The notes beneath the pieces are model-generated. The model did no database searches. It had not been told where the DNA came from and saw nothing but the letters and a program-made list of their open reading frames with translations. From NCBI GenBank assembly GCA_963730415.1, contig CAVSSC010000018.1:28273-92272 (forward strand): a stretch of 64,000 nucleotides of DNA. The letters are read 5' to 3'. Position numbers and translations under genes: made by a program. Position 1 is the stretch's first letter; every line of letters begins with the position of its first letter. This stretch comes from an uncultured Actinomycetota bacterium (lineage in GTDB: Bacteria > Actinomycetota > Actinomycetes > Mycobacteriales > Mycobacteriaceae). Below are positions 30,822-41,515 of this stretch, in pieces.

Positions 30822-33017
30822 TTGACATCGAGCGAACTGAAAGACGCCGAACCAGCCGCCGAACCCGTCCCGGCCCAAAGGGCCTTGAAGCGTACTCGCC
30901 GGCCGCTGGTGTGGATGCGTTTCCGGTTCGGCATCCAGTCCAAGATCCTGATCGCAATGCTGCTGTCGAGCATTCTGGGCGTGGCGGTGATCGGCGCTAT
31001 CGGGGCCATATCCGGCCGCAGCGCGCTGCGGGAAGTCGAGTCCGAGCGGTTGATCGAGTTGCGCGAGTCCCAGAAGCGGGCGGTGCAGGCGCTGTTCAAG
31101 GAAGTGACGAATTCGCTGATCGTCCACACGGGTGGATTCAGCATCAACGAGGCAACGGCTGCGTTAACCTCGGGCTTCGCTCAATTGGCCAACGCGACGA
31201 TCACGCCCGCCCAACAGCAGGCGCTCGTCAGCTACTACGACAACGAGATGCTCAAACCGATCAAACGGGTCACCGGCGACAACATTGATATCAACGCAGT
31301 TTTGCCGAGTTCCAACGCGCAGAAATACGTTCAGGCGTACTACACCGCACCGCCCAGGCCGACCACCGACTCGCTGCCCGTCGAGGACGCCGGCGACGGC
31401 AGCGCATGGTCGGCAGCTAATGCCCGCTTCGATTTTTTCATGCGCGGTATCGTCACCCGCTTCGATTATCGGGACGCGCTACTGCTGGACATGCAAGGCA
31501 ATGTGGTCTACAGCGTCATGAAAGGTCCCGACCTCGGGACCAATATCCTCACCGGCCCTTATCGCGAATCAAAACTGCGAGATGCATACCAAAAAGCTTT
31601 GGCCTCCAACGACGTCGACTTCGTCTGGATCACCGATTTTCAGCCGTATCAGCCGCAACTAGACACCCCCACGGCGTGGGTGGTGTCGCCGGTCGGGATG
31701 AACGGAAAAATGGACGGGCTTATGGCCCTGCCGGTGCCGATCGCGAAGATCAACAAGATCATGACCGCCGACAAGCACTGGGCGGCCGCGGGCATGGGCA
31801 CTGCGACCGAGACGTATTTGGCGGGTCCCGACAACTTGATGCGTTCTGACTCGCGGCTTTTCCTAGAAGACCCGAAGGAATACCGGCGTGAGGCTATAGA
31901 CGCCGGCACTCCGCCGGACGTCGTGGACCGAGCGATCCGTTTGGGTGGTACGACGCTGGTGCAGCCCGTTCCGAGCGCGGGTCTGCGTGCGGCCCAACGC
32001 GGAGAGACCGGAGTTGTCAGCGCAACCGATTACACGGGCAATAAAGAGTTGGAAGCCTACAGCCCGTTGAACGTGCCGAACTCCGATCTGCACTGGTCGA
32101 TTCTGGCGACGCGAGACAACTCCGATGCTTTTGCGCGGCTGGGTAGGTTCAGTAAATCGCTCGTGATTGCAGTCACGGGGATGATTTTCGCCATCTGTGT
32201 GGCCTCGATGATCATCGCCCAGGCAGCGATGCGACCGGTCCGGCGCCTTGAGGAAGGCGCGCGGAAGATCAGCTCCGGCGACTATGACATCAATATTCCG
32301 GTCACGGCACGCGACGAATTCGGTGATCTCACAGCAGCTTTCAACGAGATGAGCCGGAACCTCGCGATCAAGGAAGAGCTGCTCAACGAGCAGCGCCGCG
32401 AAAACGACCGCCTATTGCTGGCGCTGATGCCCGAGTCGGTTGTGCAACGTTATCGCGAGGGTGAGCAGACCATTGCCCAGAAACACCAGGACGTCGCGCT
32501 AATTTATGCCGACATCGTTGGCCTCGACGAGATCTCCAACGATCTTCCGGGGGACGAATTGGTCGGGATTGTCGACGAACTGTTCCGGCAGTTTGATTCG
32601 GCCGCTGAATCCCTTGGCGTCGAACGGATTCGCACGTTCCACAACGGCTATCTCGCCAGCTGTGGGGTCATCACCCCTCGGTTGGACAGCATTCACCGCA
32701 GCGTTGACTTCGCCCTCGAAATCGGCCGCATCATCGATCGGTTCAACAGCCAAACCGGCCACCAGCTGGGTCTTCGGGTCGGCGTCAATACAGGCAACGT
32801 CGTGAGCGGGCTGGTGGGCCGCTCCGGCCTTGTCTATGACATGTGGGGTGGTGCGGTAAGTCTGGCCTACCAAATGCACAGTGGCGCACCGCAGCCGGGC
32901 ATCTATGTCAGCTCGCAGGTATACGAAGCGATGCGAGACGTCCGGCAGTTCAGTCCCGTCGGCACGATTTCGGTCGGAGGTACTGATCAGGCGATCTACC
33001 GGTTGTTGGAGCGGTGA
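30822..33017 (+). CDS. membrane receptor-type class III adenylate/guanylate cyclase homologue (TM - extracytoplasmic sensor domain - TM - HAMP - cyclase homology domain), Rv2435c-like
   Basis: The proposed start is TTG 30822, 7 nt after ggggaagg (alternatives GTG 30909 or ATG 30915). There are two TM segments and a HAMP region (RRLEEGARKISSGDYD). In the cyclase domain (ALIYADIVGL...), several canonical catalytic positions appear substituted. Confidence 0.85.
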   Translation: MTSSELKDAEPAAEPVPAQRALKRTRRPLVWMRFRFGIQSKILIAMLLSSILGVAVIGAIGAISGRSALREVESERLIELRESQKRAVQALFKEVTNSLIVHTGGFSINEATAALTSGFAQLANATITPAQQQALVSYYDNEMLKPIKRVTGDNIDINAVLPSSNAQKYVQAYYTAPPRPTTDSLPVEDAGDGSAWSAANARFDFFMRGIVTRFDYRDALLLDMQGNVVYSVMKGPDLGTNILTGPYRESKLRDAYQKALASNDVDFVWITDFQPYQPQLDTPTAWVVSPVGMNGKMDGLMALPVPIAKINKIMTADKHWAAAGMGTATETYLAGPDNLMRSDSRLFLEDPKEYRREAIDAGTPPDVVDRAIRLGGTTLVQPVPSAGLRAAQRGETGVVSATDYTGNKELEAYSPLNVPNSDLHWSILATRDNSDAFARLGRFSKSLVIAVTGMIFAICVASMIIAQAAMRPVRRLEEGARKISSGDYDINIPVTARDEFGDLTAAFNEMSRNLAIKEELLNEQRRENDRLLLALMPESVVQRYREGEQTIAQKHQDVALIYADIVGLDEISNDLPGDELVGIVDELFRQFDSAAESLGVERIRTFHNGYLASCGVITPRLDSIHRSVDFALEIGRIIDRFNSQTGHQLGLRVGVNTGNVVSGLVGRSGLVYDMWGGAVSLAYQMHSGAPQPGIYVSSQVYEAMRDVRQFSPVGTISVGGTDQAIYRLLER

Positions 33018-34420
33018 TGAACATCTGGCGCGACCCGTGGTTCTACTGGGCGGTTGGTATCGCGGTCGGATTACCGGTCGGGCTGATCCTTCTCACCGAG
33101 CTGCACGACGCACTCGCTCGCAGGAACAGCCCGCTGGCCAGGCAGGTAAGCATGCTGCGCAACTACCTGCTGCCGCTCGGTGCGCTTTTGCTGTTGCTTG
33201 TCGAGGCCTCGCAGGTCCCGGCCCGAGACATCCCGGTGCGAATCCTCACCACGGTGTTCGGCTTGCTGGTGCTGGTGCTGTTGCTGTCGGGGCTCAACGC
33301 AACCGTGTTCGAGGGCGCGCCCGAAAAGAGCTGGCGCAAACGGCTACCCGGCATCTTCCTCGACGTTGCCCGCTTCGCTCTGATCGGCGTCGGGCTGGCG
33401 CTGATGTTGTCCTACATCTGGGGCGTCCGGATCGGCGGCCTTTTCACCGCGCTGGGCGTCACATCGCTCGTCATCGGCCTGATGCTGCAGAACTCCGTCG
33501 GCCAGATCGTGTCGGGCTTGTTCATGCTGTTCGAGCAGCCCTTCCGGATCGGTGATTGGCTGGACACGGGGACAGCGCGGGGACGCGTGGTCGAGGTGAA
33601 CTGGCGCGCCGTGCACATCGACACCGGTAGTGGAATGCGGATCATGCCGAACTCGATGCTGGCCACTACCTCGTTCACAAATCTCAGTAGCCCGCCCGGC
33701 GTACACAAATTGGCGATGACGACGACATTCTCCAGCGCCGATCCGCCCGACCGGGTATGCGCGATGCTGTCGCGCGTTGCCCGCGCGTTGCCGCAGCTCA
33801 AGGCGGGCAGCGTGCCCCGCTCGGCGCCCGTCGGCGCCGCCGAGTACCGCACTACCATCGGGCTGAACTCACCCGCCGACGCCGGCGCCGCGAAGGCAAT
33901 ATTTTTGCGGTGGGCCTGGTACGCCGCACGACGGGAGAACCTCCACCTCGACGACGCCGACGACGACTTTTCGACGACCGAACGTGTGGAGCATGCATTG
34001 CGCACTGTGGTGGCGCCGGCATTGCGGCTGAGCCTTGAGGAACAGCGGTCTCTGCAATCGTGTGCGAAGATCGTCCGATACGGCGCCGACGAAATCGTGG
34101 AGTACGCCGGTCAGGTGCCGGCCGGGATGACGTTCTTGGTGTCTGGACGCGTACAGCTGACCACAACGATCGACGACGGGTCGGTCGTGCCGACCAGCAC
34201 GCTGGTCGAGGGCTCGTTTTTGGGGCTGACCGCGCTGACGCGGCAGCCGAACCTTGCCACCGCGTACGCGCTGGAAGAGGTAACCGCGCTGGAGGTCGAT
34301 CGCGAACACCTCGAGCATCTGGTGATGCGTGAACCGTTGCTGCTACAGAACTTCGGCCGCATCCTTGAAGAGCGTCGAAGCAAAGTGCGGCAGGCCCGGT
34401 GCGGTGAGCCGGTAGGGTAG
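33014..34420 (+). CDS. MscS-family mechanosensitive channel with C-terminal cyclic-nucleotide-binding-like domain (Rv2434c-like)
   Basis: 468 aa. It has N-terminal TM helices, an MscS core ([33 protein letters not shown]) and a C-terminal cNMP-binding fold. ATGA overlap with the cyclase gene. Confidence 0.85.
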   Translation: MMNIWRDPWFYWAVGIAVGLPVGLILLTELHDALARRNSPLARQVSMLRNYLLPLGALLLLLVEASQVPARDIPVRILTTVFGLLVLVLLLSGLNATVFEGAPEKSWRKRLPGIFLDVARFALIGVGLALMLSYIWGVRIGGLFTALGVTSLVIGLMLQNSVGQIVSGLFMLFEQPFRIGDWLDTGTARGRVVEVNWRAVHIDTGSGMRIMPNSMLATTSFTNLSSPPGVHKLAMTTTFSSADPPDRVCAMLSRVARALPQLKAGSVPRSAPVGAAEYRTTIGLNSPADAGAAKAIFLRWAWYAARRENLHLDDADDDFSTTERVEHALRTVVAPALRLSLEEQRSLQSCAKIVRYGADEIVEYAGQVPAGMTFLVSGRVQLTTTIDDGSVVPTSTLVEGSFLGLTALTRQPNLATAYALEEVTALEVDREHLEHLVMREPLLLQNFGRILEERRSKVRQARCGEPVG

Positions 34421-34479
34421 GCCGACACTCAGGAGCGGGTCGCCTTACCCGGCTATGCGACGCCCGATACCCTGGTTCA

Positions 34480-35739
34480 ATGAGTCTGCAAGCACCATCG
34501 CTTCCTGACTTGCGGCGGGAGGTCCACAACGCCGCACGCCGCGCCCGGGTCGCATCCCGCGTCTTGGCGTTGTTGCCGACGGTCGCCAAGGACCAGGCGC
34601 TGCGGTCCGCGGCAGAGGCGGTAGCGGCCCACGCCGAGTTGATCATTTCGGCCAATGCCGAAGATCTCAATGCTGCCCGGGCCGCCGGCACACCGAGCGC
34701 GATGCTGGACCGGTTGGCGTTGGACTCCAAGCGTGTCGAGGGAATCGCCGCCGGTCTGCGCCAGGTCGCCGGGCTGCCCGACCCGGTCGGGGAGGTGCTG
34801 CGCGGCTATACCTTGCCGAATGGTCTGCATTTGCGTCAGCAGCGGGTGCCGCTCGGCGTCATCGGAATGATTTACGAGGGCCGGCCCAACGTCACCGTCG
34901 ACGCATTCGGTTTGGCGCTCAAGTCCGGCAATGCCGTGTTGTTGCGCGGAAGTTCGTCGGCGGCGCGGTCCAACCAGGCGCTGGTCCAGGTGTTGCGCGC
35001 TTCGCTGGTCAGTGAGGACTTGCCCGCGGATGCGGTCCAACTGCTCTCGGCCGCTGATCGATCCACGGTGACACACCTGATCCAGGCCCGGGGCCTGGTC
35101 GACGTGGTGATCCCGCGCGGGGGAGCGAGCCTGATCGAGGCGGTGGTCCGCGACGCGCAGGTGCCCACCATCGAGACCGGTGTCGGCAACTGTCACGTGT
35201 ATGTGCACGAAGGCGCCGACCTGGACGTGGCAGAACGCATCCTGCTGAACTCCAAGACCCGTCGGCCCAGCGTCTGCAACGCCGCCGAGACGCTACTGAT
35301 CGATGCCGCGATCGCCGGGCAGGCGCTGCCCAGGCTGGTGGCTGCCCTGCAGGATGCCGGTGTGACTGTGCACGGTGGTGTTTCCGGAGACGCGGGGGAG
35401 GACGACCTGCGCCGCGAATACCTGTCGATGGACATCGCGGTGGCGGTAGTCGAGGGTATCGACGCCGCGATCGCCCACATCAACGAGTACGGCACCGGAC
35501 ACACCGAGGCCATCGTGACCAGCAATATGGCTGCGGCACAACGATTTGCGGACGGCGTCGACGCTGCCGCGGTAATGGTCAACGCTTCCACGGCATTCAC
35601 TGACGGTGAGCAGTTCGGTTTCGGCGCGGAAATCGGCATCTCCACTCAGAAATTGCATGCACGCGGTCCGATGGGGCTGCCGGAATTGACCTCGACCAAG
35701 TGGATTGCGTGGGGAGACGGGCAGATTCGTCCGGCCTGA
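34480..35739 (+). CDS. proA: gamma-glutamyl phosphate reductase
   Basis: 419 aa, aldehyde dehydrogenase fold, with the catalytic Cys region [13 protein letters not shown]. Confidence 0.95.
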   Translation: MSLQAPSLPDLRREVHNAARRARVASRVLALLPTVAKDQALRSAAEAVAAHAELIISANAEDLNAARAAGTPSAMLDRLALDSKRVEGIAAGLRQVAGLPDPVGEVLRGYTLPNGLHLRQQRVPLGVIGMIYEGRPNVTVDAFGLALKSGNAVLLRGSSSAARSNQALVQVLRASLVSEDLPADAVQLLSAADRSTVTHLIQARGLVDVVIPRGGASLIEAVVRDAQVPTIETGVGNCHVYVHEGADLDVAERILLNSKTRRPSVCNAAETLLIDAAIAGQALPRLVAALQDAGVTVHGGVSGDAGEDDLRREYLSMDIAVAVVEGIDAAIAHINEYGTGHTEAIVTSNMAAAQRFADGVDAAAVMVNASTAFTDGEQFGFGAEIGISTQKLHARGPMGLPELTSTKWIAWGDGQIRPA

Positions 35740-35776
35740 CATACGCGACAGAAAGTGCTTTAGGAGAACTGAGATT

Positions 35777-36652
35777 GTGAGCGTGCCCGCCCGGCCCAAG
35801 CCGCTATTCGCCGACATCGACGACGTCTCGCGACGGTTGGCCGAGACCGGTTACCTGCCAGACACCGCCACTGCGACTGCGGTGTTCCTGGCCGACCGGC
35901 TCGGCAAGCCGCTGCTGGTGGAAGGCCCCGCCGGCGTCGGCAAGACCGAGCTGGCCCGCGCCGTCGCCCAAGCCACCGGCTCGGGACTGGTCCGCCTGCA
36001 GTGTTATGAGGGGGTCGATGAGGCCCGCGCGCTTTACGAGTGGAATCACGCCAAGCAGATCCTGCGCATCCAGGCCGGTTCCGGAGACTGGGAGGCGACC
36101 AAGACCGATGTGTTCAGCGAGGAGTTCCTGCTATCTCGTCCGCTGCTGACGGCCATCCGGCGCACCGAGCCGACGGTGCTGTTGATCGACGAAACCGACA
36201 AGGCCGATATCGAGATCGAGGGACTGCTGCTGGAGGTGCTGTCCGACTTCGCGGTGACCGTCCCTGAACTGGGCACGCTCACTGCAAAGCGGGCTCCGTT
36301 CGTTTTGCTGACCTCCAACGCCACCCGCGAGCTGTCTGAGGCGCTCAAGCGTCGGTGCCTGTTCTTACACATCGACTTTCCCAGTCCCGACCTGGAACGC
36401 CGCATCCTGTTGTCGCGAGTCCCCGAGCTGCCCGAGCATCTCGCGGAGGAACTGGTGCGCATCATCGGCGTGCTGCGTGGGATGCAACTCAAGAAAGTGC
36501 CGTCCATCGCCGAGACCATCGACTGGGGCCGCACGCTACTCGCGCTGGGCCTGGACACCATTGACGACGCGGTCGTTGCCGCCACGCTCGGCGTGGTCCT
36601 CAAACATCAATCCGACCAGCAGCGCGCAAGCGGCGAGCTCCGGCTGAATTAG
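35777..36652 (+). CDS. MoxR-family AAA+ ATPase
   Basis: GTG 35777 lies 8 nt after aggaga. Walker A GPAGVGKT and Walker B LLIDETDKA are present. Confidence 0.9.
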   Translation: MSVPARPKPLFADIDDVSRRLAETGYLPDTATATAVFLADRLGKPLLVEGPAGVGKTELARAVAQATGSGLVRLQCYEGVDEARALYEWNHAKQILRIQAGSGDWEATKTDVFSEEFLLSRPLLTAIRRTEPTVLLIDETDKADIEIEGLLLEVLSDFAVTVPELGTLTAKRAPFVLLTSNATRELSEALKRRCLFLHIDFPSPDLERRILLSRVPELPEHLAEELVRIIGVLRGMQLKKVPSIAETIDWGRTLLALGLDTIDDAVVAATLGVVLKHQSDQQRASGELRLN

Positions 36653-36659
36653 GAAGGCA

Positions 36660-38111
36660 TTGATGGCTGCCCGCCGTATCCGACCCACCCGGCCGCTCGC
36701 CCCGCACGGGCTGCCCGGTCATTTGGTGGGATTCGTGGAAGCGCTTCGTGCACAGGGTATTTCGGTCGGACCGTCGGAGACGGTCGACGCCGGCCGAGTG
36801 ATGGCCACGCTCGGCCTGGGCGATCGTGAGGTGCTGCGCGAGGGTATCGCCTGCGCCGTGCTGCGCCGGCCCGATCACCGCGAGACCTACGACGCCATGT
36901 TCGACCTGTGGTTCCCGGCGGCATTGGGTGCACGCGCGGTGGTCTTGGAAGATGAAGCCGACGAGGCGCACGACGACAACTCCTTGCCACCCGACGACGT
37001 CGAGGCGATGCGTCAGATGCTGCTGGATCTGCTCACCGAAAATCCCGACCTCGCCGACATGGACGAGCGCCTGGTCGCGATGATCGCACGGATCGTCGAG
37101 GCCTATGGCAAATACAGTTCCAGCCGCGGCCCGTCGTTCTCGTCGTATCAGGCGCTCAAGGCGATGGCGCTGGACGAATTAGAGGGCAAGCTGCTGGCGG
37201 GGCTGCTCGCCCCATACGGGGACGAGCCCACACCCACCCAGGAGCAGATTGCCAAAGCGCTTGCCGCGCAGAGGATCACGCAGTTGCGCAAGATGGTCGA
37301 CGCCGAGACCAAAAGGCGCACCGCCGAGCAACTGGGCCGTGACCACGTCCAGATGTACGGCATCCCACAGCTTTCCGAGAATGTCGAGTTCCTGCGCGCC
37401 TCCGGCGAACAGTTGCGCCAGATGCGCCGGGTGGTGGCGCCACTGGCCCGCACTCTGGCGACCCGGCTGGCGGCCCGTCGACGACGCACCCGCGCCGGGT
37501 CGATTGACCTACGCAAGACGCTGCGCAAGTCGATGTCCACCGGCGGGGTCCCAATCGACGTGGTGCTGGCCAAACCCCGCCCGGCGCGGCCGGAACTGGT
37601 GGTGCTATGCGACGTGTCCGGTTCCGTCGCCGGGTTCAGCCATTTCACTCTGCTGTTGGTGCACGCTTTGCGCCAACAGTTCTCGCGTGTTCGCGTGTTC
37701 GCCTTCATCGACACCACCGACGAGGTGACCCACATGTTCGGCCCGGAAGCCGACCTGGCCGTGGCCATCCAGCGGATCACCCGGGAGGCCGGCGTCTACA
37801 GTCGCGACGGCCATTCCGACTATGGCAACGCGTTTGCTTCGTTCGTGCAGGCGTTTCCCAATGTGCTGTCGCCGCGTAGCTCGCTGCTGGTGCTCGGAGA
37901 CGGGCGCACCAATTACCGCAATCCAGAGACCGAGCTGCTGGCCCACATGGTGACCGCGAGCCGGCACGCGCACTGGCTGAATCCCGAGCCCAAGCATCTG
38001 TGGGGCAGCGGCGACTCGGCGGTGCCGCGCTACCAAGAGGTAATCACGATGCACGAATGTCGGTCTGCCAAACAGTTAGCCGCGGTGATCGACCAGCTGC
38101 TGCCGGTGTGA
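36660..38111 (+). CDS. VWA domain-containing CoxE-like protein
   Basis: 483 aa. The C-terminal VWA domain carries the MIDAS motif DVSGS (LVVLCDVSGSVAGF). It is adjacent to the MoxR ATPase. Confidence 0.85.
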   Translation: MMAARRIRPTRPLAPHGLPGHLVGFVEALRAQGISVGPSETVDAGRVMATLGLGDREVLREGIACAVLRRPDHRETYDAMFDLWFPAALGARAVVLEDEADEAHDDNSLPPDDVEAMRQMLLDLLTENPDLADMDERLVAMIARIVEAYGKYSSSRGPSFSSYQALKAMALDELEGKLLAGLLAPYGDEPTPTQEQIAKALAAQRITQLRKMVDAETKRRTAEQLGRDHVQMYGIPQLSENVEFLRASGEQLRQMRRVVAPLARTLATRLAARRRRTRAGSIDLRKTLRKSMSTGGVPIDVVLAKPRPARPELVVLCDVSGSVAGFSHFTLLLVHALRQQFSRVRVFAFIDTTDEVTHMFGPEADLAVAIQRITREAGVYSRDGHSDYGNAFASFVQAFPNVLSPRSSLLVLGDGRTNYRNPETELLAHMVTASRHAHWLNPEPKHLWGSGDSAVPRYQEVITMHECRSAKQLAAVIDQLLPV

Positions 38112-38192
38112 GTCCTGTGTGGGCGCATCCCACCCGGTTGCAGGCACCTGGGAAATCGGCCCGGATCGCTGGCTCAAGTAAGCTGGCAAATC

Positions 38193-38861
38193 GTGCAAAA
38201 GCAGCTTCGCAGGCTGGGAGTGATGGGTGGGACGTTCGATCCCATCCATTACGGCCACCTGGTTGCCGCCAGTGAGGTCGCCGACCGGTTCGACCTCGAT
38301 GAGGTGGTGTTCGTGCCCAGCGGCCAACCGTGGCAGAAGGATCGGCAAGTCTCCGCTGCCGAGGACCGGTACCTGATGACGGTGATCGCCACCGCGTCCA
38401 ACCCTCGTTTCTCGGTGAGCCGGGTCGACATCGACCGCGAGGGGCCCACTTATACCAGGGACACACTGAAGGATCTGCACGCCCTCAACCCTGGTTCCGA
38501 GCTGTACTTCATCACCGGCGCCGACGCGCTGGCTTCCATTCTGTCGTGGCAAGGTTGGGAGAAGCTGTTTGAGTTGGCGCGCTTTGTCGGCGTCAGCCGG
38601 CCTGGATACGAGCTGCGGCGCGAACACATCACCGGCGTGCTGGGCGAGCTGGCCGAGGATGTGTTGACCCTGGTCGAGATCCCGGCGCTGGCGATTTCGT
38701 CGACCGATTGTCGCCGACGCGCCGAGCAGCGCCGGCCGCTGTGGTACCTGATGCCCGACGGCGTCGTGCAGTACGTCTCCAAGCGCCGGCTGTACCGCAC
38801 CGACAACAAGACCGAGGAGACCGTGAGCCAAACGACCCCGGCCGCTGGGGACAACACATGA
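38193..38861 (+). CDS. nadD: nicotinate-nucleotide adenylyltransferase
   Basis: [14 protein letters not shown] signature. Start is GTG 38193 (alternative ATG 38223). Confidence 0.93.
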   Translation: MQKQLRRLGVMGGTFDPIHYGHLVAASEVADRFDLDEVVFVPSGQPWQKDRQVSAAEDRYLMTVIATASNPRFSVSRVDIDREGPTYTRDTLKDLHALNPGSELYFITGADALASILSWQGWEKLFELARFVGVSRPGYELRREHITGVLGELAEDVLTLVEIPALAISSTDCRRRAEQRRPLWYLMPDGVVQYVSKRRLYRTDNKTEETVSQTTPAAGDNT

Positions 38862-39274
38862 CCGCCACCCAGGAAGCGATCGATATGGCGACTGTGGCCG
38901 CCGGCGCCGCGGCCGCCAAGCTGGCCAACGATGTCGTCGTCATCGACGTCTCGGGCCAGCTGGTCATCACCGACTGCTTCGTCATCGCCTCGGCGTCCAA
39001 TGAGCGGCAGGTCAATGCCATCGTCGATGAGGTCGAGGAGAAAATGCGTAGGGCGGGCTACCGCCCGGCGCGCCGGGAGGGTGCCCGGGAAGGCCGCTGG
39101 ACGCTGTTGGATTACCGCGACATCGTCGTGCACATCCAGCACCAGGATGACCGCAACTTTTATGCCCTGGACCGGTTGTGGGGCGACTGCCCGCTGGTGT
39201 CGGTGGATTTGGCCGAGGATCCAGGGAACCTGGAGGACTCAGCCGACTCAGCGGACTCGGCGAGCGCGCAATGA
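38858..39274 (+). CDS. rsfS: ribosome silencing factor RsfS
   Basis: 138 aa from ATG 38858 (ATGA overlap with nadD). Family region [26 protein letters not shown]. Confidence 0.9.
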   Translation: MTATQEAIDMATVAAGAAAAKLANDVVVIDVSGQLVITDCFVIASASNERQVNAIVDEVEEKMRRAGYRPARREGAREGRWTLLDYRDIVVHIQHQDDRNFYALDRLWGDCPLVSVDLAEDPGNLEDSADSADSASAQ

Positions 39275-39945
39275 GGATCCGCCGTCTGGTGATGCTGCGG
39301 CACGGGCAAACCGACTTCAACCTCGGTAGCCGGATGCAGGGCCAGCTGGACACGGCGCTCAGTGAACTGGGTCGCGCGCAGGCGGTTGCCGCCGCCGAGG
39401 TGCTGGGCAAGTTGCAGCCGTCGCGGATTGTCTCGTCGGACCTGCGGCGCGCCTACGACACGGCGATCAAGCTGGGGGAGCGGACCGGGCTGAGGGTGTG
39501 GGTGGACGACCGGTTACGGGAGACCCACCTCGGCGATTGGCAGGGCTTGACCCACACGCAGATCGACACCGAGGTGCCGGGTGCCCGCCTGGCATGGCGC
39601 GAAGACGCTACCTGGGCACCGCATGGCGGGGAGAGCAGGGTCGATGTGGCCGCCCGCAGCCTGCCGGTGGTTGCCGAGCTGGTGTCCGTCGATCCGGAAT
39701 GGGGCGACCCGAACCATGCGGATCGACCGGTGGTGCTGGTGGCCCACGGCGGTCTTATCGCCGCGTTGTCGGCCGCGCTGCTGAGGCTTCCGGTCGCGAA
39801 TTGGCCGATTCTGGGTGGCATGGGCAACGCCAGTTGGGTACAGCTCAGCGGGCACGCGCAAGACCCCGGCGGCGACTTTGACAGTATCCGCTGGCGCCTC
39901 GATGTGTGGAACGCTTCGGCTCAGGTCTCCAACGATGTCCTCTGA
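39271..39945 (+). CDS. gpgP: histidine phosphatase family protein (glucosyl-3-phosphoglycerate phosphatase GpgP-like, Rv2419c-like)
   Basis: ATG 39271 (ATGA overlap with rsfS). The catalytic RHG motif is present (LRHGQTDFN). Confidence 0.85.
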   Translation: MRIRRLVMLRHGQTDFNLGSRMQGQLDTALSELGRAQAVAAAEVLGKLQPSRIVSSDLRRAYDTAIKLGERTGLRVWVDDRLRETHLGDWQGLTHTQIDTEVPGARLAWREDATWAPHGGESRVDVAARSLPVVAELVSVDPEWGDPNHADRPVVLVAHGGLIAALSAALLRLPVANWPILGGMGNASWVQLSGHAQDPGGDFDSIRWRLDVWNASAQVSNDVL

Positions 39946-40678
39946 ACAGCGGTCGAGGCCCGCGCTGCTGGTATTCGCCGACTCGCTGGCCTATTACGGG
40001 CCCACCGGGGGGCTGCCCGCCGACGATTCGCGTATCTGGCCGAATATCGTTGCATCGCAATTGGATTGGGACTTGGAGCTGATTGGCCGCATCGGCTGGA
40101 CCTGCCGGGACATCTGGTGGGCGGCAACCCAGGACCCGCGGGCCTGGGCGGCGCTGCCCAGGGCGGGCGCCGTGATATTCGCGACCGGTGGGATGGATTC
40201 GCTGCCTTCGGTGTTGCCCACCGCGTTGCGTGAACTGATCCGCTATGTACGTCCGCCGTGGTTGCGGCGTTGGGCCCGCGATGGCTACGCCTGGTTGCAG
40301 CCCAGGCTCTCGCCGGTGGCCAGGTCTGCGTTACCGCCGCACCTGAGCGCCGAATACCTTGAACAGACGCGTGGCGCAATCGATTTCAACCGTCCTGGCA
40401 TCCCCATTGTGGCGGCGCTGCCATCAGTGCATATCGCTGAAACATACGGCAGGGCTCACCATGGTCGCCCGGCGACCGCGGCGGCGATCACCGAATGGGC
40501 GCAAAGCCATGATGTTCCGCTGGTGGATCTCAAAGCCGCTGTGGCCGAACATATTATGAGTGGGCAGGGAAATCCCGACGGCATTCACTGGAATTTCGAA
40601 GCCCACCAGGCGGTCGCGGAGCTGATGCTCAAGGTCTTGGCCGAAGCAGGCGTGCCGAACGAGAAATCGCGCGGCTGA
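39935..40678 (+). CDS. octT: SGNH/GDSL hydrolase-fold acyltransferase (Rv2418c / OctT-like)
   Basis: ATG 39935 overlaps the gpgP end by 11 nt. N-terminal [12 protein letters not shown] (GDSL-type Ser block) and C-terminal DGIHW block. Confidence 0.7.
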   Translation: MSSEQRSRPALLVFADSLAYYGPTGGLPADDSRIWPNIVASQLDWDLELIGRIGWTCRDIWWAATQDPRAWAALPRAGAVIFATGGMDSLPSVLPTALRELIRYVRPPWLRRWARDGYAWLQPRLSPVARSALPPHLSAEYLEQTRGAIDFNRPGIPIVAALPSVHIAETYGRAHHGRPATAAAITEWAQSHDVPLVDLKAAVAEHIMSGQGNPDGIHWNFEAHQAVAELMLKVLAEAGVPNEKSRG

Positions 40679-40681
40679 ACC

Positions 40682-41515
40682 ATGTCTGTCGTGGTGGTGA
40701 CCGACGCGTCAGCGCGCTTGCCGGCCGATTTGCTCGAAAAATGGGCGATACGTGTAGTTCCGCTGCACATCCTGCTCGACGGTGTTGATCTGCGCGACGG
40801 TGTGGACGAGATCCCCGACGACGTCTACAAGCGCCACGCCACGACCGCGGCGGCCACGCCAGCTGAACTGGCCGACGCTTACCAACAGGCGTTGGCCGAC
40901 AGCGGCGGGGACGGCGTGGTCGCAGTGCACATTTCGTCGGCACTGTCGGGAACCTACGGTGCCGCCGAACGGACCGCGGCCGACCTCGACCCGAGCGTGC
41001 GGGTTATCGACTCGAAGTCGGCCGCGATGGGCACTGGCTTTGTGGCGTTGGCCGCCGCGCGGGCCGCCGCCGCAGGCGGCGACCTCGACACCGTCGCCGA
41101 CGCTGCGAATTCGGCCGTGTCGCGCGGCCATGCGTTCATGGTGGTGCACCGGCTGGACAACCTACGCCGGAGCGGACGGATCGGCGGGGCCAAGGCGTGG
41201 CTGGGCACCGCGCTGGCGCTCAAGCCGCTGTTGCGTATCGAGGACGGCAAACTGGTTCTGGCCCAACGGGTGCGCACCGTCAGCACCGCGACGGAGACGA
41301 TGATCGACCGGGTCTGCGAGGTTGTGGGCGAGCGCTCTGCTGCTCTGGCGGTGCACCACGTTGCCAATCCGGACGGCGCCAACGAGGTAGCAGCGGCACT
41401 GGCGCAGCGGTTACCGGCGTGCGAGCCGGCGATCGTTACCCCGTTGGGGCCGGTGCTGGCGTTGCACGTCGGCGCCGGAGCCGTCGCGGTCTGTCTGCAA
41501 CTGGCAGAAACCTAG
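40682..41515 (+). CDS. DegV-family fatty-acid-binding protein
   Basis: 277 aa. Begins MSVVVVTDASARLP, then HISSALSGTY, which is typical of DegV. Confidence 0.88.
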   Translation: MSVVVVTDASARLPADLLEKWAIRVVPLHILLDGVDLRDGVDEIPDDVYKRHATTAAATPAELADAYQQALADSGGDGVVAVHISSALSGTYGAAERTAADLDPSVRVIDSKSAAMGTGFVALAAARAAAAGGDLDTVADAANSAVSRGHAFMVVHRLDNLRRSGRIGGAKAWLGTALALKPLLRIEDGKLVLAQRVRTVSTATETMIDRVCEVVGERSAALAVHHVANPDGANEVAAALAQRLPACEPAIVTPLGPVLALHVGAGAVAVCLQLAET

